Virus record (IMG/VR): IMGVR_UViG_3300021376_000007
Direction: 5' to 3' (one strand)
Length of the DNA stretch: 64,000 nucleotides
Origin: a virus
In this document: positions 10,418 through 20,260 of the stretch, piece after piece
How positions within the stretch are numbered: position 1 is the first letter of the stretch
Layout: each line of letters begins with the position of its first letter
The notes under the pieces: model-generated
Seen by the model: only the letters and a program-made list of their open reading frames with translations
Database searches by the model: none
Told to the model about the DNA's origin: nothing
Made by a program: the position numbers and the translations under genes

Positions 10418-10762
10418 TTAAAATGGTTCGTCGAAATGCTTACCACGTGCATGTGTAGGTAACACGACATCATAGTGATGATTAAGCTGCTGCACAAGTT
10501 CGTTGGTTTTCTTGTACACACTCCAAACGTTGGTCAAACGAGCGTACAGATAGGGATCTGTATTTTGAAGAGTGGTATGTTCACAAGGCTCTGGACAAAA
10601 TCCGCCAGATATATAACCTACAGTTTCAAAAAGAGCTTTCAATATAGCGTCATAGATAGCAATCATAGACTTGTAGGATTCAGCCTGGTTGGTCCAATCA
10701 CAATCGACTAGAGGAATCGGATGATCAAGATCATGGCTTAACACTTGATTATGGTTTAACAT
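10418..10762 (-). CDS. Hypothetical protein
   Basis: GAAAGG RBS, 114 aa. Confidence 0.6.
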   Translation of the reverse strand: MLNHNQVLSHDLDHPIPLVDCDWTNQAESYKSMIAIYDAILKALFETVGYISGGFCPEPCEHTTLQNTDPYLYARLTNVWSVYKKTNELVQQLNHHYDVVLPTHARGKHFDEPF

Positions 10763-10779
10763 TTAAAATGCCTTTCTTT

Positions 10780-11052
10780 TTAGGAAGCAGAGATGGAAGT
10801 ATTGTAAATAAGTGACATTATGGCGAGATTAAAAAGCAAAACGCCCGCAATCATATAAATTGCCAAAGTGACTTGGCCAGCTACATACAAGGTTACAGCC
10901 AAGGGTATGGTCACAAAAGTATCCAGAAGTAGATCAATTGCGACAAAAGAATAGATAGCGATCATTGCTCTCTTTAAAACTCTTTTATTATCTTTGAGAG
11001 AATAAGTCTTGGCAGAAAATCTGCCTAAATTCTTGAATAATCTAGTGAGCAT
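10780..11052 (-). CDS. Small membrane protein
   Basis: Basic N-terminus and two hydrophobic helices. Confidence 0.6.
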   Translation of the reverse strand: MLTRLFKNLGRFSAKTYSLKDNKRVLKRAMIAIYSFVAIDLLLDTFVTIPLAVTLYVAGQVTLAIYMIAGVLLFNLAIMSLIYNTSISAS

Positions 11053-11499
11053 TGTAACTTCTTATGTAAGACAATAATAATAAAGCTACTTTAGAATAAA
11101 TAGCTTGTTCTTTGTTAGAACAATAATTATTTGGCATAATAGAAGAAGGTTTATGTCCGAGATATGTAGATAAAACAAGATAGACAGTGTACACACTAGA
11201 GGTACAGGTGTACACATAAGGGGTTTATAGAGGTGTACATAGGTTGGAACTGGGTTCCCCCCTGCGAGAGCATAGGTTTTGTGGTTTGGGCAACAAAAAA
11301 CCTAAAATATTCTTTAATATTTCAACTAAAAGGTTAGCATATACTGTGTATATATGCGTATAAATTATAAATACTGACAAGATTTTTTGCGGCGATTCTC
11401 GCTCTAGTTTTAAAAAAAATATTTTAAATACAGAGGCATATGACAAAGCCGGTATAGGTGACCACCATACCTACACCGGCTTGTCTGCCCGCATAAATT

Positions 11500-11718
11500 T
11501 TAACGCACAGTCAATTCAACATTGTACATTCGCTTGAAATCACGTCTCATGGGATGTAGAGCAGATTCGGTAGCGTGAGTAATGTACATTGGGCCTTTGA
11601 TACTCGGAGGGGGGAGTATCTTATAAACGCCCGACTTGGCTCTTTCAACTGTAAATCCTAACCGAATTAAATCAGTCAGTATTTTCTTCATTGCTGAAGA
11701 CTGATGTTGCCGAGGCAT
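11500..11718 (-). CDS. HicA-like (dsRBD-fold) small protein
   Basis: MKKILTDLIRLGFTVERAKSGVYKI pattern; AAGGAG RBS; no adjacent HicB seen. Confidence 0.5.
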   Translation of the reverse strand: MPRQHQSSAMKKILTDLIRLGFTVERAKSGVYKILPPPSIKGPMYITHATESALHPMRRDFKRMYNVELTVR

Positions 11719-11929
11719 AGTTTTGAATTTCTCCTTTAAATGTGCTGCTTATTTGGACAATGATAATGATATCATCGCCGTATAAAAATAGCAACACATT
11801 AGTAGAAATATTTCGCTCGAATCGCAATCATTAAAATTGACATTTTAAATTGGGCGATTCTCGCTCTAGTCTTAATATAAAAAACCAATATATATAGCAT
11901 TCACTATGTACATTGGCTTTTTATAGTTT

Positions 11930-12184
11930 TTAAAGGTAACTTTTGATGAATGTGACTCGACGACGCTGGATTGCTTTGTCTAGACAGTCATCGCAGATGA
12001 TGGCGTGATAGACATTCAAGTCAAAACTTGAGCCGTATGAGCCTACGATGTCTATATCAACTGCATTGTTGAGATTGCTTGGAACTCCACCATCTTCAAG
12101 AACGTGATCTGGCCACAAGTACATGATGGCTTTTTCACATATGAGACAGGGTGTATCAGGTGCTTGCATTAGTCCTTCTCCCAA
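11930..12184 (-). CDS. Zn-binding hypothetical protein
   Basis: CLIC ... ICDDC. Confidence 0.6.
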   Translation of the reverse strand: MGEGLMQAPDTPCLICEKAIMYLWPDHVLEDGGVPSNLNNAVDIDIVGSYGSSFDLNVYHAIICDDCLDKAIQRRRVTFIKSYL

Positions 12185-12381
12185 CTGTTGAAGTATTCCG
12201 GGTCTCCGACCCAGAAAGCCCCTGTGCCGTCACTTTTGTCCAACCATTCGTTCAGGCACTTGTGAAGAAACTGGCGATAGTCGTCTTGAGGTTCGTCGAA
12301 GTATGCCGAGTGAAAGCAGATGTCTGAGTGAACGTTGCCTTCTGGAGTTTCGTAGATGATTTCTCCACAGAACTCTTTCAT
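12169..12381 (-). CDS. Hypothetical protein
   Basis: Translationally coupled to the upstream ORF (TAATG). Confidence 0.6.
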   Translation of the reverse strand: MKEFCGEIIYETPEGNVHSDICFHSAYFDEPQDDYRQFLHKCLNEWLDKSDGTGAFWVGDPEYFNSWEKD

Positions 12382-12683
12382 TACTGGACCTCCTTGTGGT
12401 TTTTGACGAAACGGTCCATGGACTTCATGACGAGATCCTGTCCGTCGTTCTCGAGAGCCTTGAGCCAGGTCTCGACGACTTTGAGGTGGGTGTCGTGCAT
12501 GCTCTTGTGCGTATTGATCTGTTGCTTGTAGAGCTCGATCATGGTCTTGAGGTTGTCGATTTTCTCGGATTGGACATCGACGATGCGCCTCATGACCTCG
12601 ATGTTCTGGTTCATGACGAGTTCACGGAATTCCGGCGACTTGCCGAACTCCGCGAGGTGTTGGTGGATTTCTTCGTTGGACAT
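12381..12683 (-). CDS. Coiled-coil hypothetical protein
   Basis: GAGG RBS; GC-rich third codon positions. Confidence 0.7.
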   Translation of the reverse strand: MSNEEIHQHLAEFGKSPEFRELVMNQNIEVMRRIVDVQSEKIDNLKTMIELYKQQINTHKSMHDTHLKVVETWLKALENDGQDLVMKSMDRFVKNHKEVQ

Positions 12684-12799
12684 TGTGTTTTCCTCTTTTG
12701 TATGAAATTAAAAATAGGTGTATATAGGTTTATAGAGATTGATGTAGGGCACACCACAGTGTCGTTTAAGAAGCGTTAGACACGCATTCCCCTACAATC

Positions 12800-12871
12800 G
12801 GTGGAGATGCTGGGAATCGAACCCAGATGATGGACATTGGCGAACCGCAGTCCCGAAGCCATTTCATCCCC
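12800..12871 (-). ncRNA. tRNA-Ala/tmRNA tRNA-like-domain mini-RNA (no mRNA-like domain)
   Basis: GGGGATG/CATCTCC acceptor stem with G3:U70, discriminator A, T-arm CTGGG-TTCGATT-CCCAG, no D-stem, short GGAC..GTCC arm. Confidence 0.7.
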
Positions 12872-13030
12872 GTGTGCATATTTTTGTGCAGAGAACATGC
12901 AAACTCCGTCCGTTCATTTTACCAAGGCTTACGGCCATCCTTGTAACTTACAGTGAAGTAAGAACTAGCATTTTTTGATGTGCGTTTATTATACTGTATG
13001 CGCACCCCACAGTTGGGGGTTAGCCCTGGG

Positions 13031-14026
13031 TCAGAAGGGGTCCTCTTCGACGACCGCCTTGTCCGTGACAGTGCTGGTCTGGTCGGCACGAGCCGAGTTC
13101 GACCACAGGTCACAGGCAACTTCCTCTCCATTGATCACGAGGGTGAATCGACCGCAAGGAGCGTTCACCGGATCGTAGATGTTCTGGGGAGTCTTGGCAC
13201 CATTCTTTGCAATGGTGATTCGTTGCTGGCTACCTGACCAGTTCGATGCCCATTGGCGAGCAAGCTTCTTGAGCTCATCTGCCTTCTCGGCTGCAGCCTT
13301 GACCTTTGCCTGCGGGAGATCATCGGACTTCTGCTCGAGGATGTGAGCCTCAAGACGAAGTCCGTAGACACGCTGGAAGGTGGTGACTGAAGCATCGACA
13401 AGGTTCAAGAAGCCCTGATTGGTACGAGACATCTTGCGGTCCGTCGTGCCGAGCTCGAAGTCGGTCACTGGAACGCCAGTCTTGTGCTGGTACGCGGCCA
13501 CGATGCGACCGGGGTTGTCGATGTTGCTCTTGACAGCGCCTGCACTCTTGAACGCCTCGATGGCATGCTTGATGCCGTCTTCGGAAGCACCGAACTGCTG
13601 GAAGAACAACGGCATGCCGTTCATGTAGTTGAGCCCCGATGCAGCGAGCGAAGCCTCGAACTTGGAACGGTCAGTCGTGCCAGTCATGGTCTGGAGCAGG
13701 TCCACGATGCTGTAGGTCTCGCCGTCGATGTTGACGTTGAGGTCCATACGCACAGGGTTCATGACGCCAGTGACGAGCAGGTAGTCGTGTCCAACGTTGT
13801 TCGGGCTGGTCTGCCGAAGCACGGACAAACGACGCAGGGAAGCCTCACGGAGAGTGACTTCTGCCGGGACGTTCTGTCCGTTGATGGAACCAGTGAACTT
13901 CACGGTCTTGTCGATGTGCAGTCGCTGGGTGCGGGCCGTCGACTGGAGCGCGTCGATGTTGTCCGCAATTGAAGAGAACAGATCGGTGTTGAGACCGAAC
14001 TTGTTCAACATGGATTGTGTGTTCAT
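13031..14026 (-). CDS. Probably abundant hypothetical protein with SSB-like acidic tail
   Basis: 331 aa, strong codon bias, ends VVEEDPF; AGGAG RBS. Confidence 0.65.
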   Translation of the reverse strand: MNTQSMLNKFGLNTDLFSSIADNIDALQSTARTQRLHIDKTVKFTGSINGQNVPAEVTLREASLRRLSVLRQTSPNNVGHDYLLVTGVMNPVRMDLNVNIDGETYSIVDLLQTMTGTTDRSKFEASLAASGLNYMNGMPLFFQQFGASEDGIKHAIEAFKSAGAVKSNIDNPGRIVAAYQHKTGVPVTDFELGTTDRKMSRTNQGFLNLVDASVTTFQRVYGLRLEAHILEQKSDDLPQAKVKAAAEKADELKKLARQWASNWSGSQQRITIAKNGAKTPQNIYDPVNAPCGRFTLVINGEEVACDLWSNSARADQTSTVTDKAVVEEDPF

Positions 14027-14122
14027 TAGATATCTCCTAATGTGTTTATGTGATTATTTGTTTGTGAGCTATTTGTGAATGGTCATGCCGAAACATTCCC
14101 ATTCTTTTTGTTCGCGCTACTT

Positions 14123-14377
14123 CTACTTGTCGGTAGCGAGATCATCATCCAATTCGTGCAACTCAGTTGCCTCATCGGATTCATCAGTCTTGGGACGCAC
14201 TTCTCGCCAACCATCTGCATAAGCATTGCCGATGATTTTCGTGATGTTCGCCGTCTTTCCCGGAGTAGATTTGACCACGTTGAGTGTTTTCTCTGCTATT
14301 GATCCGGTTCCTGAAACTGTTTTGGCAGTTATCTTGCCAAACCACTTGCTTGTTTTTTCTGTTTTCATTGTTTTCAT
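14123..14377 (-). CDS. Hypothetical protein
   Basis: Basic N-terminal half, acidic tail; GAGG RBS. Confidence 0.6.
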   Translation of the reverse strand: MKTMKTEKTSKWFGKITAKTVSGTGSIAEKTLNVVKSTPGKTANITKIIGNAYADGWREVRPKTDESDEATELHELDDDLATDK

Positions 14378-14504
14378 TCCTCGTAATTATTGCTGCTGTC
14401 TCCTGGAATGAGCATTTCCAAGAATGATATAATCATATCCATTAACCAATCGTACATTGTCCTCCTTTCTTTTCTGTATTTAATGTTTAACAGATAAAAA
14501 AAGA

Positions 14505-14792
14505 TCAAACAACTGCTTTTATGTAATTGTCAATGTACCATTGTGCAAGTGAACCATGTTCACGAATTCGGCGAGAGTGCTCAATGTTGTATCTGGGATA
14601 CGCCTTGAAGTACTCAGTACCGTCACACAGGTTGGCTTCTGGGTTTCTTCCTGTGTGGTCGACAATCATGAGAACGTTGGAGTCCATGCTGACGCGGATG
14701 TAGGCCTGACCACCATTGTAGTGATACAGCCTATTTTCGTTGGCAGCAATGTCAACAAGTTCAAATGCTTGTAGGCTTGTCAGTGTTTGCAT
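14505..14792 (-). CDS. Hypothetical protein
   Basis: AAGGAG RBS before MQTLTSL (start shortened from ORF track). Confidence 0.6.
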   Translation of the reverse strand: MQTLTSLQAFELVDIAANENRLYHYNGGQAYIRVSMDSNVLMIVDHTGRNPEANLCDGTEYFKAYPRYNIEHSRRIREHGSLAQWYIDNYIKAVV

Positions 14793-15122
14793 TATTTGCT
14801 CCTTGTGATGTATTTGTTGCGTGCCCAGTCGCCGGTGTAGAGGCCGATGACAAAGCACACGGTTGTAATTGCAACTGTGATGTGCTTACGCATTTTGTTT
14901 TTCCTTTGTTTGAAGTTTATTCCGTAATTGATTGAATCATTTTTTGTGTGAGCTCAGAGTGGTCGAGAATCTGCAGACCACCATAGCTTTCATCCATGAA
15001 TTGCATGCAATTTTCAAGCGACCCGGAATAAAGAATGAACTGGTCTCCTACGTCAACTACGTAATATTCAATTGAAGAATTGAACTTATTCATTACTTTG
15101 TTTTACTTTCCTTGCCGATTTT

Positions 15123-15329
15123 TCACATCGGTGGTTCGGGTCGTACACGAACAGTTGTTTGCTTTTCCTTGTAGTGATTGTAGATATCGTCCATCTTGGA
15201 CGGATTGTCGCCAGCCCAATTGACGTTTTTCTTCTTCTTTTCATCTTCGGACATGACCCACAGCCAGAAAGCGGTTCCAAACAGGAATCCGGCGTTGAGC
15301 AATTTGATTGTTTTGATGAATGATTTCAT
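15123..15329 (-). CDS. Small single-pass membrane protein
   Basis: One hydrophobic helix; AAGGA RBS. Confidence 0.6.
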   Translation of the reverse strand: MKSFIKTIKLLNAGFLFGTAFWLWVMSEDEKKKKNVNWAGDNPSKMDDIYNHYKEKQTTVRVRPEPPM

Positions 15330-15429
15330 TGTTTGTTCCTTTTTGTGATGTTATTTGATGGAGTTTGAAAAATTAGAAAATAAATAAAAAACATTACTTT
15401 AAAAATTAGAGAGAATAAAGAAATTCAGT

Positions 15430-15730
15430 ACAGGTGAGTGAAGAACCGGATAAGCACATTGGTTCTCCACTCACCGTACCGGGAGTTGACACGCAAGATT
15501 GTCTAGAGAATGGGCCTGTTGAATCCATTGTCAAGAGGGAAACTATTTCCTTGGGGCACAGGCAAGACCCAGTCCGTCTTAAGTCTACGACGTGTAGAGA
15601 TGGTAGGGGGCCACCATCCGCCTTTTATAGTCAATGCTCGGGACTATTCGAGGTATTCAGCCTCGAGAGTATTTAGATTATTCATGTGGTCTGCTCTCAT
15701 TGACCACAGTAAGTCCGAATTGGACAAAGG
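15430..15730. ncRNA. Candidate structured non-coding RNA
   Basis: GC-richer intergenic stretch with at least seven consecutive hairpins and no RBS-led ORF. Confidence 0.45.
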
Positions 15731-15831
15731 TTTTTATTTCTCGCGACATACTATAGGTTTCTGACCGAACCAGTATGTAGTTTTATGGGTGTTGTCAGTA
15801 TGTAATCTTTCCTTGCTCAAGGGAAAGAAAT

Positions 15832-16044
15832 CTACCAGCGTTCGCGTACGAAATTGCTGACGACTTGAGTGATTCGCTCTTTGAAGAACGGGTCGAGCAT
15901 TGACCCACGAATCTCTTCTGCGATGACTGGTCGCACTTCGCACAACATGTTGAAGTAAATCTGGCCGAGGCGCAAATCATCTTTCACAGGTTGTGAGGCA
16001 TGAACCATCACGACTTTGTGGTGAAACTCGTCGTAGGTCATCAT
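15832..16044 (-). CDS. Hypothetical protein
   Basis: LRLGQIYFNML...LDPFF; coupled to an upstream 55-aa ORF (16041-16208). Confidence 0.65.
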   Translation of the reverse strand: MMTYDEFHHKVVMVHASQPVKDDLRLGQIYFNMLCEVRPVIAEEIRGSMLDPFFKERITQVVSNFVRERW

Positions 16045-16339
16045 CGGCAGAGACGGCAGTTGCAGGAATGCACCGCCATGGGATTGAACCGGTTTCGGAT
16101 TTCGTCGGCGATGTCCTCGGCACGGGTGATTCCTGCTTTGGTCTCGTCGATGAGGTCCCGGAGACGGACGGTGTCCGACTCTTCTTGGGTGAGTTGTCTG
16201 AGCTTCATCTTTACCTCCAGATGAATGTTGTGGGACGTATCCCTTCTTTTTTGAACGCGATCAGTAGTCTAGGCTTAAAGAGAGAAACGGCCTCTGACCC
16301 AACCCGAAGGTGGGCCAGAGACCGGGTCTCCCGATGGGC

Positions 16340-16762
16340 TCAGGACAGCTCGTCGTCGACGGGGCTGTCGTTCTCGAGCAGGGCCTGCAGGTCGTCGCTC
16401 ACGGAGAGTGTCCGCTTGACCACGGTCAGCTCGGAGGGACCGTCGGCCCAGCACGAAGCCTGCATCTGCGTGACCGTCTCACCGGACTTGGTCAAGAAGG
16501 TGTTCTCCTTGGGCTCGGTGATGACGATGTTGTCGCAGGCGAGGGCCAGTTTGGCGTTGTTCTTCTTGCAGGCCTTCACAGCACGCGTGATGGTCTCGAG
16601 CTGGTTCTCGAAGACCTGCATCATGAGCGTGTCGACGTGGCCGATTCCTGCCTCGGTCAGGGTCTGCTTCGACAGGCCCACGAGGACCGTGTAGAAGATG
16701 TCACCGTTGGTCTTGTGGTTGACTTTGGGTGCAGTGTTGATGTAGATGTACTTCTTGGACAT
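16340..16762 (-). CDS. Putative OB-fold/SSB-like protein, paralog 1
   Basis: Beta-rich with acidic tail; clearly homologous to 19577-20011 (FxTVLVG, L.L.CD..V.TE.K.N, QAS.W..G.S.L). Confidence 0.55.
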   Translation of the reverse strand: MSKKYIYINTAPKVNHKTNGDIFYTVLVGLSKQTLTEAGIGHVDTLMMQVFENQLETITRAVKACKKNNAKLALACDNIVITEPKENTFLTKSGETVTQMQASCWADGPSELTVVKRTLSVSDDLQALLENDSPVDDELS

Positions 16763-16920
16763 TGTGTTGACTCCGTTTGTGATTGGTTGGTTGTTTGTTG
16801 GGAACTAGTCCCTTCTTTTTAGAAGATAAGTACTAGTTTAGAAGGTTCTCGACAGATATTTTCTAGACAAGACCCAGACTAAAGGTTTAGAAGACTTTTC
16901 AATAATTATTATTCTTTCTC

Positions 16921-19413
16921 CTATGGTTGAATAGATTCGAGTGCCCGGATGTACCAGTCCACCACCTGAGACTGACTCTTGCGGCTGAAGGTGAACAGCC
17001 ACTGATCGTGATTCTGACGTGGGTACCTTTCCTTTGCAATGTAGGATTGACGAGCCAGCAACAGAATCTTCCTGTTGGTGAACTCAATTCCCTTGTCAGG
17101 ATTGTCATCGGTCCTCTGAAGCAATCCGGTCATGTAACTGACCCACTCGTCTGCAGTAGTCTGCCTTTGCTTGACACACAGCTTCTGATGCTGGTCAGCA
17201 GCAGCTTGCATTTCTTCTTCTGTGAACTCAATGTTCATAATGATCTCAGGCTGAACAAGAGTTGTGTTCAGATAGTCAATCATTTCTGCGTACTTGACAC
17301 GAACAAGCATCTCTCTGAAGATGTGCAATGCGCACCACGGAGAGTCTTCCATGGTAGTTGCTTCAATGCCTTCTGCAAACCGCTTGGGCAGACGTGTTTC
17401 CATCCAGAACAGATCCATTTTGGTTCCATTCATGCCGTGCTTAGCAATGATTCGACCAAACGTCCTGTTGCACCACTGCTGGATCTTTGTGGCATCGTCT
17501 ACAGTGAGCATTCCTTGAGTCAGGGCATCCAGCATTTCCTCATTGCTGCAGACCGGCTGTGCAATGTATGTCTTCATGAGTGCGTAGTGCACAATCTTGG
17601 GCAGCACTGCAGATCCAACTCCTCCAGGGAACACGGCAGACACCATCCTGGAACGAGCTTCGTCAATCAACGAGAACTCTGGGAGAATTGTCAGCTTGTG
17701 AATTCCGGCCAAAGAACCAGGCTTGATCAGTTGGTTCTCCAGCAGATAGGACAGCTGAGGAACTTTTGTCCTCAATTCGTTCATATCAATCACAGGAGGC
17801 GTTTCTGTGTAGGCGTGGAACACCGGACCGGGTTCATCAACTTCAATGACAGACCACTCACCAAAGTCATTGGGATTTCTCAAGAGGAAGGCAACCATCT
17901 TCATCTCGCCGTCAATCTCAGCCATACGGATGTGAACCTTGAATGTGTCGTCAAGGTCTGGACCACCATGATTTGCAAGATTTTCGCTGAAGAACTTGCC
18001 AGGCACAGCAAAGCAGTGGGTCTTCTTGTGGTAATAACCGCTCTGATTGTACACATTGCTGAAGCCAAAGATGTCCAGCGCCTCTTGAGTGATGATGTGA
18101 GCAGCAAATGCCCATTCAACAGGGAACCAGTGACGAGACTTTTCCCTCCAGATGTTGTTTATCTTTCCAGTATTATTGAATCCCTGACCCATGAATTGTG
18201 TTGCCACACCATGAACAGTCAAGAACCTCAACGATTGAGTTGCGTCGTATGGAACACCCAGTTTGTCAAGATCTCTGATTGCTTCCTGAACCATCTGCAG
18301 ACTTGACCTTGGATCCTTGAAGTCGTCTTCCGGACCCTCAGCAGTTGCAGTCACCAAGATGTCAGCGTTGTCAACCAATGCTGTCATTGATGCTGAGCGT
18401 CGACCGTCACGCAAGCACTCATCCTCATGGTTGAGGTAGTTCTGCAGAGTTGTCAACAAGTCTTGTGCAGTGTAAAGTCCCGACACATCCTGGTAGATTG
18501 AGTGAGTCAAATCATCGCTCTTAACAGGAATGACGCCATGCGAAGGCTCGATTGTCGCCAAGCACCATCCGTTTGTCTTCAACTCTGACTTGATGTTTGG
18601 GTTAAATGTCCTGATTTCCTGCCCCTTCATCATGCGATCCGGAAGGACCAGAGCATTGCCCTTGATCAAACCCATTGGCGTCAAGACTCGCAGTTGAACA
18701 ACTGTCATCTTGCCACTGACAACTTTGTCAATCATCGTGCCAACCCATTCCATGTTTGCAAGGTGATTTGCCGCAAAGCACTTGATTGCAAAAGACTGAC
18801 TGATTGCCGAGATGCCATCGACATCACTGTCAAGGTAAGCCAAAGCCTCATGATCAATGACCTCAATCTTCATGTCGCCAGTAGGACGGTACTGCCATGC
18901 ACATGAAAGCCTTGCAATCTCTGCAAACCTCTTGGACATCTTCTTTGAGTTGCCCACGAGGAGACCAATGTGTGTCAGAGGAGTCAACCAAGAGTCGTCA
19001 TAGACCCCGTCAATGAAGAGCGTGTACTGGTCCTCATCTGTTGACCAGCGAAGAACTTCACCAGGTTCGGGGTTCATTGTTGCCCGTTCTGGATGAGACT
19101 TGACGCTGTTGTACCACTTTTTGCCGTGCTTTCTCACTTCAACCCTGTATTTGCCAGGGAAGAAGGTCTCGAGTAACACTGGCCAGTAAGTTCCGTTGTC
19201 GAACTCGTCCAGAATCTTCTCTTGCTCCTTGAGTGGTGTGGACGTCAGAACGCGCTGCCATCCGTTGTTGTTTGCTGTGATTCCATGAAACATGGAAGAA
19301 CCTCCTGTTGGGTGGTTTGTTGTTTGGGTTTTCTCCGGGCTAGTGCCAGGATCTGATACCGAGGGTTCGGTATTTGGTGGGTAGTGGGTGGATGGGACAG
19401 GGTGATCGCTCAT
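16921..19413 (-). CDS. Putative single-chain two-barrel (YonO/QDE-1-like) RNA polymerase, paralog B
   Basis: KMSKR, VDGISAISQSFA, VQLRVLTPMGLIKGN, HGGPDLDD (17947-17970), LLRNPNDFGEW, GGVGS, EMLDA; collinear with 3009-5570. Confidence 0.7.
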   Translation of the reverse strand: MSDHPVPSTHYPPNTEPSVSDPGTSPEKTQTTNHPTGGSSMFHGITANNNGWQRVLTSTPLKEQEKILDEFDNGTYWPVLLETFFPGKYRVEVRKHGKKWYNSVKSHPERATMNPEPGEVLRWSTDEDQYTLFIDGVYDDSWLTPLTHIGLLVGNSKKMSKRFAEIARLSCAWQYRPTGDMKIEVIDHEALAYLDSDVDGISAISQSFAIKCFAANHLANMEWVGTMIDKVVSGKMTVVQLRVLTPMGLIKGNALVLPDRMMKGQEIRTFNPNIKSELKTNGWCLATIEPSHGVIPVKSDDLTHSIYQDVSGLYTAQDLLTTLQNYLNHEDECLRDGRRSASMTALVDNADILVTATAEGPEDDFKDPRSSLQMVQEAIRDLDKLGVPYDATQSLRFLTVHGVATQFMGQGFNNTGKINNIWREKSRHWFPVEWAFAAHIITQEALDIFGFSNVYNQSGYYHKKTHCFAVPGKFFSENLANHGGPDLDDTFKVHIRMAEIDGEMKMVAFLLRNPNDFGEWSVIEVDEPGPVFHAYTETPPVIDMNELRTKVPQLSYLLENQLIKPGSLAGIHKLTILPEFSLIDEARSRMVSAVFPGGVGSAVLPKIVHYALMKTYIAQPVCSNEEMLDALTQGMLTVDDATKIQQWCNRTFGRIIAKHGMNGTKMDLFWMETRLPKRFAEGIEATTMEDSPWCALHIFREMLVRVKYAEMIDYLNTTLVQPEIIMNIEFTEEEMQAAADQHQKLCVKQRQTTADEWVSYMTGLLQRTDDNPDKGIEFTNRKILLLARQSYIAKERYPRQNHDQWLFTFSRKSQSQVVDWYIRALESIQP

Positions 19414-20037
19414 GGCAGACCTCCTTTCTAGACTCTCGGACGCCGTCTAGTAGCGTTTGATAGACCTAACGTCTACCATTAAAGGGAAAACCACACTGGC
19501 TGTGTGGCTCCCCCTTACTAGTGGTGGATATTGCAATCCCTGGTTATTTGCCAGGGCAGGAAAGCCGACTGGTCGACTAGAGGGTTTCGGCCTCGTCGTC
19601 GTCCAGCTCGCCCATGAGGTCAGCCAGTTCAGCCGACACCGAGAAGGATCCCTTCAAGATGTCGAGCTGCGACTCACCCTTGCTCCACACCGAGGCCTGC
19701 AGACCGTTGATGGTCTCGCCGTCCTTGATGTAGACGTTGGGCTTGACCTCGGTCACGACGAACTCGTCGCAGTTGAGGACCAGCTTCCAGTTGTTCTTCA
19801 GTGACGCCACCTTGGCCTTGGTGTAGATGGCGAGCTTCTCGGGGAAGATCTCCATCGTCACCGTGAGCCGGTCGAGGTCCGAGTCCTCCAGCCCAGTGAG
19901 GGCCTTCAGTTCGGCTCGGGGCACTCCCACGAGGACGGTGTGGAACACTCCACCGCCGTCCTTGCGGTTGTTGGCCTTGGGGACGCTGTTGATGAACAGC
20001 TTCTTCTTCATGGCAACCTCCCAGTTGTCATGTCAGG
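19380..20037. repeat. About 658-bp direct repeat, copy 1 (copy 2 at 23247-23904)
   Basis: Near-identical sequence at offset 3867; two mismatches seen. Confidence 0.95.
19577..20011 (-). CDS. Putative OB-fold/SSB-like protein, paralog 2 copy a
   Basis: GGAGG RBS; acidic tail DDDEAETL; strong codon bias. Confidence 0.6.
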   Translation of the reverse strand: MKKKLFINSVPKANNRKDGGGVFHTVLVGVPRAELKALTGLEDSDLDRLTVTMEIFPEKLAIYTKAKVASLKNNWKLVLNCDEFVVTEVKPNVYIKDGETINGLQASVWSKGESQLDILKGSFSVSAELADLMGELDDDEAETL

Positions 20038-20260
20038 TGGACTAAGTACTGCTGTGTGCGTCCACGTTAACGCAGCAGGAAACTCATCTTCAGTTACAAG
20101 TTCAGTCCATTGGACATCCCCCTAAAGCTTGACTCTCGGTCTTGTTTCAAGTAACGACCGGGCGACTCGATATTTATACAGTACAGCCAACCCTGTAGGT
20201 GATCTAGGATCTACCCATAAAGGGAAAACCGTGCTGGCTGCACGGTATCCCTGCTTTTAT

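Noticed and set aside
16927-18306. 459-aa plus-strand ORF and other long antisense ORFs (2946-3683, 15993-16694, 19457-19804)
   Set aside because: Shadows of codon-biased minus-strand genes; no RBS or motifs
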